Positions 1 to 15,042 of a stretch of 64,000 nucleotides of DNA are shown one piece after another; positions within the stretch are counted from its first letter, which is position 1, and the number at the start of each line of letters is the position of its first letter. Made by a program: the position numbers and the translations under genes. This DNA is from Amphiscolops sp. MND2022 (lineage: Eukaryota): the NCBI GenBank assembly GCA_964187785.1, contig OZ076409.1, forward strand, positions 66,838,001 to 66,902,000, written 5' to 3'. The notes under the pieces are model-generated. The model did no database searches, was not told the DNA's origin, and worked only from the letters and a program-made list of their open reading frames with translations.

Positions 1-2402
1 ATGTATTATTATCCCGGGTCCAAGATCTCGTAACTACCATAGAAGATAAGATAGTGGAGTGTTTAAGATTTTAGTGGAGTAGCAAGGTTAGAATTGAATG
101 AGATTGTACACTGAAAACGCTGTTATTTCACTACTTTGTAGCAACTGTACAGTATGGTAAAAACGTCGTAATGGCTACTTTTGGATTAGACACCTTTCTC
201 CTTCTAGCGTCTTCGCACTTTGCAGGTGTTAATTGAGCACCACTTTCAACTTCAGCTGAAGAGAGGACCGCGAGTACCGGTCGTCATAGCAACCAATTAT
301 CACACTAGTCATTTCAATACTACTTTACGCACTAATGGCTTTAGCACTTGCTTTTACATTTTCTGCTGTAGGATAAAAGCAATGACCGTATATTTTGGTA
401 GTCATGGTAACGATTCTGATACTGCACTCAAGGACATGTACTATGATTGATAATGTTGGTAATGAAGCAAATGTGTACATGTTGAAACCTGATGAGCTAC
501 ATGGTTATGTTAAATGGATTTTAATGACGACTGTGTATTCAAGTCTTACATGTGGGGATGTATGTTTAAATATTGGGTTTAAAACATCAAACTGATGAAG
601 TATGACGTTAACGATTGATGGTTTCAGTCATAACTGCATGTATATTCAAACAACACGGAATAATAACTTCTGATATTGGTATATGTACTCGTTGACGACT
701 GCGGACTCCAGTCGTTATCATTTTGCTATTCAGGTACAGCACTATTTAGAGACATCATAGCTGTTGTAAATAGGTTTGACAACTGAGTGTTCCGGTTATG
801 TTTACATGTAACGAATTGGAATGTTAATTGTAAAATAGGTAAACTGCATTTGACAATTGGTTAGGCCGGTCGTCACTGGTTTAAGATTACTGTTCAGTAA
901 CCTATTCATCATAATACTTTTACATGGTGATTTGTACTTTCAGGAGTTTGTATGAAATAAGTAGTTTTTCGAGTTTCTGTATTTTCCTCATGCTATTCGG
1001 GCATGACAAGCAGAAGCGAATGATATTTGAAGAAAAATGCTCTAGGCATCAGAACAAAAGGAATAATACGTCAACAATTACCTAATCAATTTTGGAGAGT
1101 ACTTTATCGTTCTTCAGTATTAGGCCACGTCGAGGTTTACTTAGAAGGATTTCAATCAAAGTGTTCCAACATCGCCGGAAAAACATTAAACTGGGCACTG
1201 AAAACTGTATTGTTCAATTTAAAAAATCATCGGTTCGTTTGAAAATATCGGAGCAGATTTTAATCATTAAAAAACAAATAGATCTAACCTGTTCAAACTA
1301 TCGGTATTCACATATAACGCATGACAAAAAGCCTAACCATGTTGAGCTTTAAAGCTCCTCCAGGAATTTCTTCAGATTCTGTACTGATCTGTGAGCCCTT
1401 TTTCCTGGAGGATCTGTAAAGATCGTGCCACTGCAGCGTAAGCACAACATCATGTTTTAGTAATTGCTGTTTTTAGTAATGTTTTAAAAATGTAGTTTTA
1501 GTAATTGCTGGAAACTTGGAATACGTTATAGTAATTTGTAGGTCATTTTCGTATGGTTAATATTCGACAAATCCTAGAATATCTGTCAGGATCTGTACAG
1601 ATCTGTACAGATTCACAGGGAGTGCTCAAAATGGGTTGTGCCTATTTTCAGACTGACGAAAGGAATTAAAAAGTCATTTTCACAGAAACCAGTTCTAGTT
1701 GTCTTCTCAGTGCATCTTTTAGGTGAAATCATCAACTTCAAGTGATTCCCAGTTGTTATAAACATATTCTTTAATCGCACTGATCTTTTATCTTTTAATT
1801 GTAGTCTAATTCGTTCGATCACTTAGCATAATAATGTTGATTTCAATTTGGTAAGTAATTTAGCATATTTCTTTGTTTCTTTCTCTCTTATCTATTTCGC
1901 GCTTTCTCTCTTTTACGTTGATCTGTCTTTTTCAGCGTCGTTATTTTCCGTCCCCACAAATTTCTTTGTGTAGATGGAGGAAAATCACCATCTGCGTTGC
2001 ATTTTTTTCCAAGGTCAGCCAAAAATCGCGTAGTGATATAATCCATTCAGCTGCTGTAGTGACATTACTTAAGTTACTTACGTAAAGTGGATAATTTAGT
2101 AACGGTGAGCCAGTGTTGGTAGGAACCCGTGCTTGTGCCTGAGTTTTTCTGCTTTATCGAGGTAGTGCTTAGCGGGCGATTTGTTGTTCAAATTGGCTTG
2201 AGCGAGCATAGTTCGATTGGTTCCTGAAATTTTGCGTTTAGAATGGTATTCGACTGCAGTATTTTCTAAATTGTTGCAGTGTCAGCGAGGAACAATCACG
2301 CGGAATTATTGCCGCTCTTGTCCACTTTTCGTCCAGAACCGTACGAGAATCTTGCAAGAAATGTCTGATACCCAAAAACTGACACCATTCATGTGGTTTG
2401 TC

Positions 2403-2624
2403 TGTGAGGGAGTGACATCAACTCTCGAAAACACCTTAACTAAAGCAACTAAAATCGCAGGTTTGTTGGTAGAATTATTGATACTTGAGAAAAAGAATTA
2501 CAATAAGCAACGTATCATCCAAAAAAGCGGATGACCATTTGTCACATGATGTTTGAAACAATACAGTCTTGTCAGCAGAATAGTTTTACGATCACCGAGT
2601 CAGAGACTCAGCACAGCTACAACA
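2403..2624 (+). repeat. 5' LTR of element 1
   Basis: TG...CA termini. Similar to 14927-15042 and to 19485-19572 (shared AGTCTTGTCAGCAGAATAGTTTTAC). PBS-like sequence follows immediately. Confidence 0.7.
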
Positions 2625-4760
2625 TGGCGATGCGAGATTTCAGCACTGCGATTGCAGCACTGCGATTTCAGCATCAACCAGCGGTTCGTCAGCTTTGATG
2701 GCACTGGGATTCTGCAGAAATTTTCTGGTTTTCTGCAGAAACCCCAAATAAAACAGAGTGGGAGAAATAATTTGATCTATTTGTGATGATAGTAAGTGCC
2801 AAAAATTCAAATTCGGTTAGGAAGTTGCAAGAACATCTTAAGAACAAGAACCGGCAATGTAGATCAATGATCTCACGGAGCAAGCAGGGGCAAGAAAGAA
2901 GTTAGAATTCTGTTCTTATCATTGGGATCAGTGGGCAGGTAGAATTTGACAGATTGAAATCCATACAAGATAGTAGCGACAGCAACACTAACGGAACTTA
3001 TAAGAGACTGTGAACAAACATTCTTGAAGCCAGGAAACAACATATTGGATAGATTTGAAATCTTTTCAAAAAACAACAACAACACGAATCATTGAGGCAA
3101 ATTTGGAATGCACTCACAATGCTGGCAGCAAAGTGCTACGTTGGACAACATACAGAAAGTTTGAATATGGTGACAATAATTCAAAATATGAATGATAAAA
3201 CAGGAGAGGCAATATTAAGTACCGAACCAACGGAACAGCCACGTAAAGCCCTCAGATTTGCAAAAGCTTTCGAAGAAGATATCTGTAAGCAAAGGAGCTT
3301 CAGAAGTAACAACGACGTCAGAACAGAACCAGTATTCGCATACGACAGGAGAACGCAGAACCCATGCAGGAGAAGTGGATTCGAATTTTCACATAATTTA
3401 TAGCCAAGAATGAAAAATGTCGGAGTTGTGGACTAATTGGTCATGTTGCACGAACGTGCAAAACACCAATTGCTTCTAATTTCAAAGAAGATGGTATTTC
3501 CTCCAGAAGAAGGTGAACAGGATGAGTGAATATGATTGATAAACGGGCGCTTCAATAAAAAAACTGCTTAGAAGTAGACAACGATAATGTAGTTTTACAC
3601 GTCAATGGAGTAGGATCACACCCATGAAAGATTTACAATCCACCATGGTTAATTGAGGCTCTCCATTATCAATATTCGCAAACGAATATCTGAGAAGTAC
3701 CCTGAAAATCGGTCTAATCTTTGCCAGACCCCGACCAAGAAGTTAGGAACATGTCGATTACAGTGGCCGAACATTGAACGTAAAGAAATTCATAACCGTA
3801 AATGAGAAAGTAGGCAAACGAGAGATCAACGGAGGAAGACTGGTGGGTACCAGAGAAAAAAAATCATTAATTGGTAGGGTAGCAGAATCCAGCCAGAAGA
3901 GTGAATATATAAACACTGTAAATACCATTGTAAATGGAACGTTTTTAAAAGCAAGGGAGAATTGAATTACGTAACATTTAACATTACAAAAGAGACGACG
4001 CGTGTCACTACAATTACAAACAATTGTGGAAGCGGATAATCAAGAGGTCAATGGAAGCAAGGTACATCAGAAGAGAGGACAAAATCACAGACGAGATTTT
4101 ATTAAACCCGTGGTCATAAATGGCAAAAAATAGAGAAGTAAGTATAGAATTTAAATGCAAAGTCGCTCCGCAACGTCTTTTTAGAGGCCAATTATCAGAT
4201 GCAAAATTTGAAAGTCTAATGGAGGAAATTGCAGAAGTAACAAACGGAAGCAACAAAGGAGAGAGGTATTTGTCACAACACTGGATATGTTAAATTCATG
4301 TGGCCAAACTGTATTTCACCCCGAAACACCAAAACCTTGCAACTTCACAATCATCGGAAAGAGACAACGGGCACATACTCATTAATTGCAGGTTACTATG
4401 AAGAGACAATCATGCCGCTAGACACTTCACAAAACTAAAAACACCTTAGACCACATGATTTTGAACCACATTTTTCCAAAGGGGAGCAAGCAAAGAAAAG
4501 CATATGAAGAAAGTGGAGGAACCTATGAGAGCCATGGACGAGACAAGGATTCGACTGAAAATCGAGAAGTGCAAGATCGCAAGAAACGAAACAAAATGAC
4601 TGGGAAACAAACGTTCATTATCAGTAAAGATAACAGTGGGAGAGAAAGTATCACACACAAAATCGGACCAAAAAAGTTCAAGGATTCACGATTATTCCTG
4701 GGTACCAGAATCCAAAAGAAACTGCGAAATTGTGAGCTCCAATGAGATCATTAATAACAC

Positions 4761-7700
4761 GAGGCACTGGTACAAATGAAAACGTGAGGAAGAGAACGAA
4801 GATGCGCTCCGCATAAATAAAGACGCCATAAAAGAAGTAAAAGAAATGAATAATTTCATCAGGAACTTACATCTCCGAATATTATGTAACGCTAGTTAAA
4901 AAAGGGCAATCCTACAACATTAAGACGAAGGATGATGGGAAAGATGCAAAAATTGCAGGTGCGAGTGAAACAATCAAAGCAAACATATAACAAACAAACA
5001 CTTAAAAACATTTCATTGAAATATCAAACGCTACCAGTCAGCGGGAAAGCGTCAGATTCGGTTGACAGTGAAGTTTTAATTGGAGAGATGCAAGCAGTGG
5101 CCGATTGACCACCAGTCAAAATACCGGGTTGTTACTCCGTAATCCAAATTGACGAAGTACAAAACTTGGGCAGTTCCACGTTCGCACAGCATTATGAGTC
5201 TAATGAGTTCTCAGTAAATATTACATTGCTGAAAAACCGCATATCACCAAAATATAACGTCTCCTGACATCTTGCCAAGAGAAATTTCAATGTTTGAGTT
5301 TCGATGAACAACATTCCATGTATGAGGACGAGAGGCTGGTTATTCCCGAAACATTACGATGGGGGTTATCATACGGTCCTTACATTATGGACACCCCTGC
5401 CGGGCAGTATGTTAGCTACCACTGGTAATGTGCAGTGACCTTATTTACATTGAGACGACGTCGTCATACCAAGAACTTGTCTCAATGCCAAGAGTCAGGT
5501 ATGAGTATTGAAACGGTGGGTAAACAAAAACAAACTGGTAAACAATCAAAGAGTCTACGGAATTTTATCAGAATGTAGCGATCGGTTTTGCAGTGCTTTT
5601 CCAACATGCCATGAACGCCAAAAGATCTTTATTAGTTGGTCTGAGTAGATGGTTTTCCGAAGTGGCCGGAAGCAAAGTTTTCAAGAAATCAACAAAGAAC
5701 GGAGTAAAAGAGGTCCTAAAGAAATATAAAGCGGGGTATGGTACACCTCAAGTACTTCGAACAGATCCTGTAACTATTCAGAAGCAAAGGGGTCTCAGAA
5801 AATTGTGCGCAGCGACTAAAAAAGCTATAGAAATCCCAAAGAAAATTTAAGGGGTAATCGCAAGATTGAACGGCTCATAAAGACCATCAATCAAAGATTG
5901 GAAGAAAATAGAGAAAGAGGCATTGGTAAAAATGAAAAAGTGAGGAAGAAAACGAAGATGCGCTCCGCATAATTAAAGACGCCATAAAAGAAGTAAAGGA
6001 AATGAATCATTTCAACAGGAACTTACATCTCCGAATTATATGTGACGCTAGTAAAAAAAGGGCAATACTACAACATTAAGACGAAGGATGATGGGAAAGA
6101 TGCAAAAGTTGCAGGTGCGAGTGAAAAAATCAAGCAAACAAATAACGAACAAACACTTAAAAACATTTCATTGAAATATCAAACGCTACCAGTCAGCGGG
6201 AAAGCGTCAGATTCGGTTGACAGTGAAGTTTTAATTGGAGAGATGCAAGCAGTGGCTGATTGACCACATGTCAAAACACCGGGTTGTTACTTCGTAATCC
6301 AAATTGACGAAGTACAAAATTTGGGCAGTTCCACGTTCGCATAACATTATGAGACTGATGAGTTCTCAGTAAAAATTACCTTGCTGCAAAACCGCATATC
6401 ACCAAAATATAACGTCTCTTGACATCTTGCCAAGAGAAATTTCAATGTTTGAGTTTGGATGAACAACATTCCATGTATGGGGACGAGAGGCTGGTTATTC
6501 CCGAAACATTACGATGGGGGTTATCATACGGTCCTTACATTATGGACACCCCTGCCGGGCAGTATGTTAGCTACCACTGGTAATGTGCAGTGACCTTATT
6601 TACATTGAGACGACGTCGTCATACCAAGAACTTGTCTCAATGCCAAGAGTCAGGTATGAGTATTGAAACGGTGGGTAAACAAAAACAAACTGGTAAACAA
6701 TCAAAGAGTCTACGGAATTTTATCAGAATGTAGCGATCGGTTTTGCAGTGCTTTTCCAACATGCCATGAACGCCAAAAGATCTTTATTAGTTGGTCTGAG
6801 TAGATGGTTTTCCGAAGTGGCCGGAAGCAAAGTTTTCAAGAAATCAACAAAGAACGGAGTAAAAGAGGTCCTAAAGAAATATAAAGCGGGGTATGGTACA
6901 CCTCAAGTACTTCGAACAGATCCTGTAACTATTCAGAAGCAAAGGGGTCTCAGAAAATTGTGCGCAGCGACTAAAAAAGCTATAGAAATCCCAAAGAAAA
7001 TCTAAGGGGTAATCGCAAGATTGAACGGCTCATAAAGACCATCAATCAAAGATTGGAAGAAAATAGAGAAAGAGGCATTGGTAAAAATGAAAAAGTGAGG
7101 AAGAAAACGAAGATGCGCTCCGCATAATTAAAGACGCCATAAAAGAAGTAAAGGAAATGAATCATTTCAACAGGAACTTACATCTCCGAATTATATGTGA
7201 CGCTAGTAAAAAAAGGGCAATACTACAACATTAAGACGAAGGATGATGGGAAAGATGCAAAAGTTGCAGGTGCGAGTGAAAAAATCAAGCAAACAAATAA
7301 CGAACAAACACTTAAAAACATTTCATTGAAATATCAAACGCTACCAGTCAGCGGGAAAGCGTCAGATTCGGTTGACAGTGAAGTTTTAATTGGAGAGATG
7401 CAAGCAGTGGCTGATTGACCACATGTCAAAACACCGGGTTGTTACTTCGTAATCCAAATTGACGAAGTACAAAATTTGGGCAGTTCCACGTTCGCATAAC
7501 ATTATGAGACTGATGAGTTCTCAGTAAAAATTACCTTGCTGCAAAACCGCATATCACCAAAATATAACGTCTCTTGACATCTTGCCAAGAGAAATTTCAA
7601 TGTTTGAGTTTCGATGAACAACATTCCATGTATGGGGACGAGAGGCTGGTTATTCCCGAAACATTACGATGGGGGTTATCATACGGTCCTTACATTATGG

Positions 7701-10700
7701 ACACCCCTGCCGGGCAGTATGTTAGCTACCACTGGTAATGTGCAGTGACCTTATTTACATTGAGACGACGTCGTCATACCAAGAACTTGTCTCAATGCCA
7801 AGAGTCAGGTATGAGTATTGAAACGGTGGGTAAACAAAAACAAACTGGTAAACAATCAAAGAGTCTACGGAATTTTATCAGAATGTAGCGATCGGTTTTG
7901 CAGTGCTTTTCCAACATGCCATGAACGCCAAAAGATCTTTATTAGTTGGTCTGAGTAGATGGTTTTCCGAAGTGGCCGGAAGCAAAGTTTTCAAGAAATC
8001 AACAAAGAACGGAGTAAAAGAGGTCCTAAAGAAATATAAAGCGGGGTATGGTACACCTCAAGTACTTCGAACAGATCCTGTAACTATTCAGAAGCAAAGG
8101 GGTCTCAGAAAATTGTGCGCAGCGACTAAAAAAGCTATAGAAATCCCAAAGAAAATTTAAGGGGTAATCGCAAGATTGAACGGCTCATAAAGACCATCAA
8201 TCAAAGATTGGAAGAAAATAGAGAAACAGGCATTGGTAAAAATGAAAAAGTGAGGAAGAAAACGAAGATGCGCTCCGCATAATTAAAGACGCCATAAAAG
8301 AAGTAAAGGAAATGAATCATTTCAACAGGAACTTACATCTCCGAATTATATGTGACGCTAGTAAAAAAAGGGCAATACTACAACATTAAGACGAAGGATG
8401 ATGGGAAAGATGCAAAAGTTGCAGGTGCGAGTGAAAAAATCAAGCAAACAAATAACGAACAAACACTTAAAAACATTTCATTGAAATATCAAACGCTACC
8501 AGTCAGCGGGAAAGCGTCAGATTCGGTTGACAGTGAAGTTTTAATTGGAGAGATGCAAGCAGTGGCCGATTGACCACATGTCAAAACACCGGGTTGTTAC
8601 TTCGTAATCCAAATTGACGAAGTACAAAATTTGGGCAGTTCCACGTTCGCATAACATTATGAGACTGATGAGTTCTCAGTAAAAATTACCTTGCTGCAAA
8701 ACCGCATATCACCAAAATATAACGTCTCTTGACATCTTGCCAAGAGAAATTTCAATGTTTGAGTTTCGATGAACAACATTCCATGTATGGGGACGAGAGG
8801 CTGGTTATTCCCAAAACATTACGATGGGGGTTATCATACGGTCCTTACATTATGGACACCCCTGCCGGGAGTATGTTAGCTACCACTGGTAATGTGCAGT
8901 GACCTTAGTTACATTGAGACGACGTCGTCATACCAAGAACTTGTCTCAATGCCAAGAGTCAGGTATGAGTATTGAAAGGGTGGGTAAACAAAAACAAATT
9001 GGTAAACAGTCAGAGTCTACAGAATTTTATCAGAATGTAGCGATCGGTTTTGCAGTGCCTTTCCAACATGCCATGAACGCCAAAAGATCTTTATTAGTTG
9101 GTCTGAGTAGATGGTTTTTCGAAGTGGCCGGAAGCAAAGTTTTCAAGAAATCAACAAAAGACGGAGTAAAAGAGGTCTTAAAGAAATATAAAGCGGGGTA
9201 TGGTACACCTCAAGTACTTCGAACAGATCCTGTAACTATTCAGAAGCAAAAGTGTCTCAGAAAATTGTGCGCAGCGACTAAAAAAGCTATAGAAATCCCA
9301 AAGAAAATTTTAGGGGTAATCGCAAGATTGAACGGCTCATAAAGACCATCAATCAAAGATTGGAAAAAAATAAAGAAAGAGGCACTGGTACAAATGAAAA
9401 AGTGAGGAAGAAAACGAAGATGCGCTCCGCATAATTAAAGACGCCATAAAAGAAGTAAAGGAAATGAATCATTTCAACAGGAACTTACATCTCCGTATAT
9501 TATGTGACGCTAGTAAAAAAGGGCAATCCTACAACATTAAGACGAAGGATGATGGGAAAGATGCAAAAGTTGCAGGTGCGAGTGAAAAAGCAGAGCAAAC
9601 AAATAACGAACAAACACTTAAAAACATTTCATTGAAATATCAAACGCTACCAGTCAGCGGGAAAGCGTCAGATTCGGTTGACAGTGAAGTTTTAATTGGA
9701 GAGATGCAAGCAGTGGCCGGTTGACCACATGTCAAAACTCCGGGTTGTTACTTCGTAATCCAAATTGACGAAGTACAAAAATTGGGCAGTTCCACGTTCG
9801 CATAACATTATGAGACTGATGAGTTCTCAGTAAAAATTACATTGCTGAAAAACCGCATATCACCAAAATATAACGTCTCCTGACATCTTGCCAAGAGAAA
9901 TTTCAATGTTTGAGTTTCGATGAACAACATTCCATGTATGGGGACGAGAGGCTGGTTATTCCCGAAACATTACGATGGGGGTTATCATACGGTCCTTACA
10001 TTATGGACACCCCTGCCGGGAGTATGTTAGCTACCACTGGTAATGTGCAGTGACCTTAGTTACATAGAGACGACGTCGTCATACCAAGAACTTGTCTCAA
10101 TGCCAAGAGTCAGGTATGAGTATTGAAACGGTGGGTAAACAAAAACAAATTGGTAAACAGTCAGAGTCTACAGAATTTTATCAGAATGTAGCGATCGGTT
10201 TTGCAGTGCCTTTCCAACATGCCATGAACGCCAAAGGATCTTTATTAGTTGGTCTGAGTAGATGGTTTTTCGAAGTGGCCGGAAGCAAAGTTTTCAAGAA
10301 ATCAACAAAAGGCGGAGTAAAAGAGGTCTTAAAGAAATATAAAGCGGGGTATGGTACACCTCAAGTACTTCGAACAGATCCTGTAACTATTCAGAAGCAA
10401 AGGGGTCTCAGAAAATTGTGCGCAGCGACTAAAAAAGCTATAGAAATCCCAAAGAAAATTTTAGGGGTAATCGCAAGATTGAACGGCTCATAAAGACCAT
10501 CAATCAACGATTGGAAAAAAAATAAAGAAAGAGGCACTGGTACAAATGAAAAAGTGAGGAAGAAAACGAACATGTGCTCCGCATAATTAAAGACACCATA
10601 AAAGAAGTAAAGGAAATGAATCATTTCAAAAGGAACTTACATCTCCGAATATTATGTGACGCTAGTAAAAAAGGGCAATCCTACAACATTAAGACGAAGG

Positions 10701-13700
10701 ATGATGGGAAAGATGCAAAAGTTGCAGGTGCGAGTGAAAAAGCAGAGCAAACAAATAACGAACAAACACTTAAAAACATTTCATTAAAATATCAAACGCT
10801 ATCAGTCAGCGGGAATGCGTCAGATTCGGTTGACAGTGAAGTTTTATTTGGAGAGATGCAAGCAGTGGCCGATTGACCACAAGTCAAAACACCGGGTTGT
10901 TACTCCGTAATCCAAATTGACGAAGTACAAAACTTGGGCAGTTCAACGTTCGCACAACAATATGAGACTGATGAGTTCTCAGTAAAAATTACATTGCTGG
11001 AAAACCGCATATCACCAAAATATAACGTCTCCTGACATCTTGCCAAGAGAAATTTCAATGTTTGAGTTTCGATGAACAACATTCCATGTATGGGGACGAG
11101 AGGCTGGTTATTCCCGAAACATTACGATGGGGGTTATCATACGGTCCTTACATTATGGACACCCATGCCGGGCAGTATGTTAGCTACCACTGGTAATGTG
11201 CAGTGACCTTAGTTACATTGAGACGACGTCGTCCTGCCAAGAACTTGTCTCAATGCCAAGAGTCAGGTATGAGTATTGAAACGGTGGGTAAACAAAAACA
11301 AATTGGTAAACAGTCAGAGTCTACAGAATTTTATCAGGATGTAGCGATTGGTTTTGCAGTGCCTTTCCAACATGCCATGAACGCCAAAAGATCTTTATTA
11401 GTTGGTCTGAGTATATGGTTTTTCGAAGTGGCCGGAAGCAAAGTTTTCAAGAAATCAACAAAAGACAGAGTAAAAGAGGTCTTAAAGAAATATAAAGCGG
11501 GGTATGGTACACCTCAAGTACTTCGAACAGATCCTGTAACTATTCAGAAGCAAAGGGGTCTCAGAAAATTGTGCGCAGCGACTAAAAAAGCTATCGAAAT
11601 CCCAAAGAAAATTTTAGGGGTAATCGCAAGATTGAACGGCTCATAAAGACCATCAATCAAAGATTGGAAAAAAAATATAAAAAGAGGCACTGGTACAAAT
11701 GAAAAAAAAAGAGGAAGAAAATGAAGATGCGCTCTGCATAATTAAAGACGCCATGAAAGAAGTAAAGGAAATGAATCATTTCAACAGGAACTTACATCTC
11801 CGAATATTATGTGACGCTAGTAAAAAAAAAGGGCAATCCTACAACATTAAGACGAAGGATGATGGGAAAAATGCAAAAGTTGCAGGTGCGAGTAAAAAAA
11901 TCAAAGCAAACAAAAGACGAACAAACACTTAAAAACATTCCATTGGAATATCAAACGCTATCAGTCAGCGGGAATGCGTCAGGTTCAGTTGACAGTGAAG
12001 TTTTAATTGGAGAAATGCAAGCAGTGGCCGATTGACCACAAGTCAAAACACCGGGTTGTTACTCCGTAATCCAAAGTGACGAAGTACAAAACTTGGGCAG
12101 TTCAACGTTCGCACAACATTATGAGACTGATGAGTTCTCAGTAAAAATTACATTGCTGAAAAACCGCATATCACCTAAATATAACGTCTCCTGACATCTT
12201 GCCAAGAGAAATTTCAATGTTCGAGTTTCGATGAACAACATTCCATGTATGGGGACGAGAGGCTGGTTATTCCCGAAACATTACGATGGGGGTTATCATA
12301 CGGTCTTTACATTATGGACACCCCTGCCGGGCAGTATGTTAGCTACCACTGGTAATGTGCAGTGACCTTAGTTACATTGAGACGACGTCGTCATACCAAG
12401 AACTTGTCTCAATGCCAAGAGTCAGGTATGAGTATTGAAACGGTGGGTAAACAAAAACAAATTGGTAAACAGTCAGAGTCTACAGAATTTTATCAGGATG
12501 TAGCGATCGGTTTTGCAGTGCCTTTCCAACATGCCATGAACGCCAAAAGATCTATATTAGTTGGTCTGAGTAGATGGTTTTTCGAAGTGGCCGGAAGCAA
12601 AGTTTTCAAGAAATCAACAAAAAACGGAGTAAAAGAGGTCTTAAAGAAATATAAAGCGGGGTATGGTACACCTCAAGTACTTTGAACAGATCCTGTAACA
12701 ATATTCAGAAGCAAAGTGGTCACAGAAAATTGTGCGCAGCGACTAAAAAAGCTATAGAAATCCCAAAGAAAGTTTTAGGGGTAATCGCAAGATTGAACGG
12801 CTCATAAAGACCATCAATCAAAGATTGGAAAAAAATAAAGAAAGAGGCACTGGTACAAATGTAAAAGTGAGGAAGAAAACGAAGATGCGCTCCGCATAAT
12901 TAAAGACGCCATAAAAGAAGTAAAGGAAGTGAATCATTTCAACAAGAACTTACATCTCCGAATATTATGTGACGCTAGTAAAAAAAGGGCAACCCTTTAA
13001 CATTAAGACGAAGGATGATGGGAAAGATGCAAAAGTTGCAGGTGCGAGTGAAAAATTCAAAGCAAACAAATAACGAACAAACACTTAAAAACATTTCATT
13101 GAAATATCAAACGCTATCAGTCAGCGGTAAAGCGTCAGATTCGGTTGACAGTGAAGTTTTAATTGGAGAGATGCAAGCAGTGGCCGATTGACCACCAGTC
13201 AAAACACCGGGTTGTTACTCCGTAATCCAAATTGACGAAGTACAAAACTTGGGCAGTTCCACGTTCGCACAACATTATGAGACTGATGAGTTCTCAGTAA
13301 AAATTACATTGCTGAAAAACCGCATATCACCAAAATATAACGTCTTCTGACATCTTGCCAAGAGAAATTTCAATGTTTGAGTTTCGATGAACAACATTCC
13401 ATGTATGGGGACGAGAGGCTGGTTATTCCCGAAACATTACGATGGGGGTTATCATACGGTCCTTACATTATGGACACCCCTGCCGGGCAGTATGTTAGCT
13501 ACCACTGGTAATGTGCAGTGACCTTATTTACATTGAGACGACGTCGTCATACCAAGAACTTGTCTCAATGCCAAGAGTCAGGTATGAGTATTGAAACGGT
13601 GGGTAAACAAAAACAAACTGGTAAACAATCAAAGAGTCTACGGAATTTTATCAGAATGTAGCGATCGGTTTTGCAAAGCCTTTCCAACATGCCATGAACG

Positions 13701-13982
13701 CCAAAAGATCTTTATTAGTTGGTCTGAGTAGATCGCTTTCCGAAGTGGCCGGAAGCAAGAAATCAACAAAGAACGGAGTAAAAGAGGTCCTAAAGAAAAA
13801 TAAAGCTGGATATGGTACAGCTCAAATATTTCGAACAGATCCTGTAACATTGTTTAGAAGCAAAGGGGTCAAGGAAAAATTGTGCGCAGCGACTAATAAA
13901 AGCTATAGAATTCCCAAAGAATTATTTAGGAGTAATCGGAAGATTGAACGGCTCATAAAGACCATCAATCAAAGATTGGAAA
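4761..13982 (+). repeat. Tandem array of 8 copies of a ~1155-bp unit derived from the RNase H-to-integrase-core part of element 1 pol
   Basis: Unit starts near 4761, 5917, 7072, 8227, 9379, 10531, 11684 and 12844. Identical ORFs recur at 5593/6748/7903 and 6042/7197/8352 (period 1155). Unique integrase C-terminal sequence resumes after ~13982. Confidence 0.95.
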
Positions 13983-14926
13983 AGTTTAAACAAATCGTAG
14001 TGAAACCAGACACTTCGGGACTCTCAGAGATTTTTCACTCTGAGAAAGTACCCGTCGATCGAAGAAACTTCGCCGGATAAAAGATACACGGGAACAGAGT
14101 AAAACTTGGTGAAAAAGATGGATTTAAATCATAATTGAGAATCACGCGAATCCTCTTTTGAATGCAATGAATTCCGAATCTGGACAAGATTCAACAAAGT
14201 TGGTCGCGGAGAAAGTCTGAGGCAGCAAACAGGAAAGGGTGTGCAAGAAGCTGCTAGAACAAACAGATCACACGATCACATTGCAGCCGGCTGGAAAAAG
14301 TTAGACAACAGTCATCTCATGGAGAGATGTTAGCCAAAAAACAGGTGACAGGCTTAGCCAACAATAAGCGAGCCGTCGAGTGCAAGGGAATGAACACACG
14401 CGTCAATAAAAGAAATTTCGTTAAAAGTATGAATTTTTGAAAAGAAAGGAGCCGAGCAGAAATTGACCAAGAAGAAGAAACCACCAGCAACTGGCGAATT
14501 AAGGAAAAGAGTGAGACAAATATGAAAGCAAAATAAGACAAAACGACGAGAAAAGGGGCATATCTCACGCGAAACTGTAATGGCACCGATAGAGTCTGAC
14601 AGAGAAGACGAGGGCGATGGAGACAACAAAACAAATTGGGCAATGCCGGAAACTATAGGGAACGAGATTAAACATGAAAAAATAGGGAAAAAAGCCAGAG
14701 ATGCCACCAAGAATGGAAACGATACCAACAAATCAGCGAAGGAGGGGTAGCAGGAACTGTGACATAACGTGATGATTACAAGCATCAACAGCCAAACGTG
14801 AAGAAATTGCTTAAAAGTCAAAACGCTGACAAAAAACCCATCGATGTACATTTTTACATATGTCTTATTTTCTTTCTCTGGTTTTTGTTTGTGACTGTAG
14901 TACTTGTTTCCTGATCAACTGGGGGA

Positions 14927-15042
14927 TGTGAGAGGGTGATATTACCTCTCGAACTGACCTTTACTAAATTAATTACAAGTGCATTTTTGCTGATAGATTT
15001 TTGATACTGTTGATATATTTTTACAAATAGAAATGTATTATT
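14927..15042 (+). repeat. 3' LTR of element 1, first half (interrupted)
   Basis: Begins TGTGAGAGGG directly after the PPT GGGGGA and aligns by eye with 2403-2520. Confidence 0.7.

Noticed and set aside
1..2400. Short ORFs as host exons
   Set aside because: No recognisable motifs, no coherent splice-phase chain, and composition like flanking non-coding DNA.
5593..14080. Tandem multigene family of small proteins
   Set aside because: The repeated ORFs are frameshifted fragments of retrotransposon RNase H/integrase, mostly with non-ATG starts.
14317..14851. Hydrophobic antisense ORFs as env-like or membrane proteins (also 24759-25150, 49670-50203)
   Set aside because: They are reverse complements of A-rich, low-complexity pol C-terminal tails; the hydrophobicity comes from T-rich codons.
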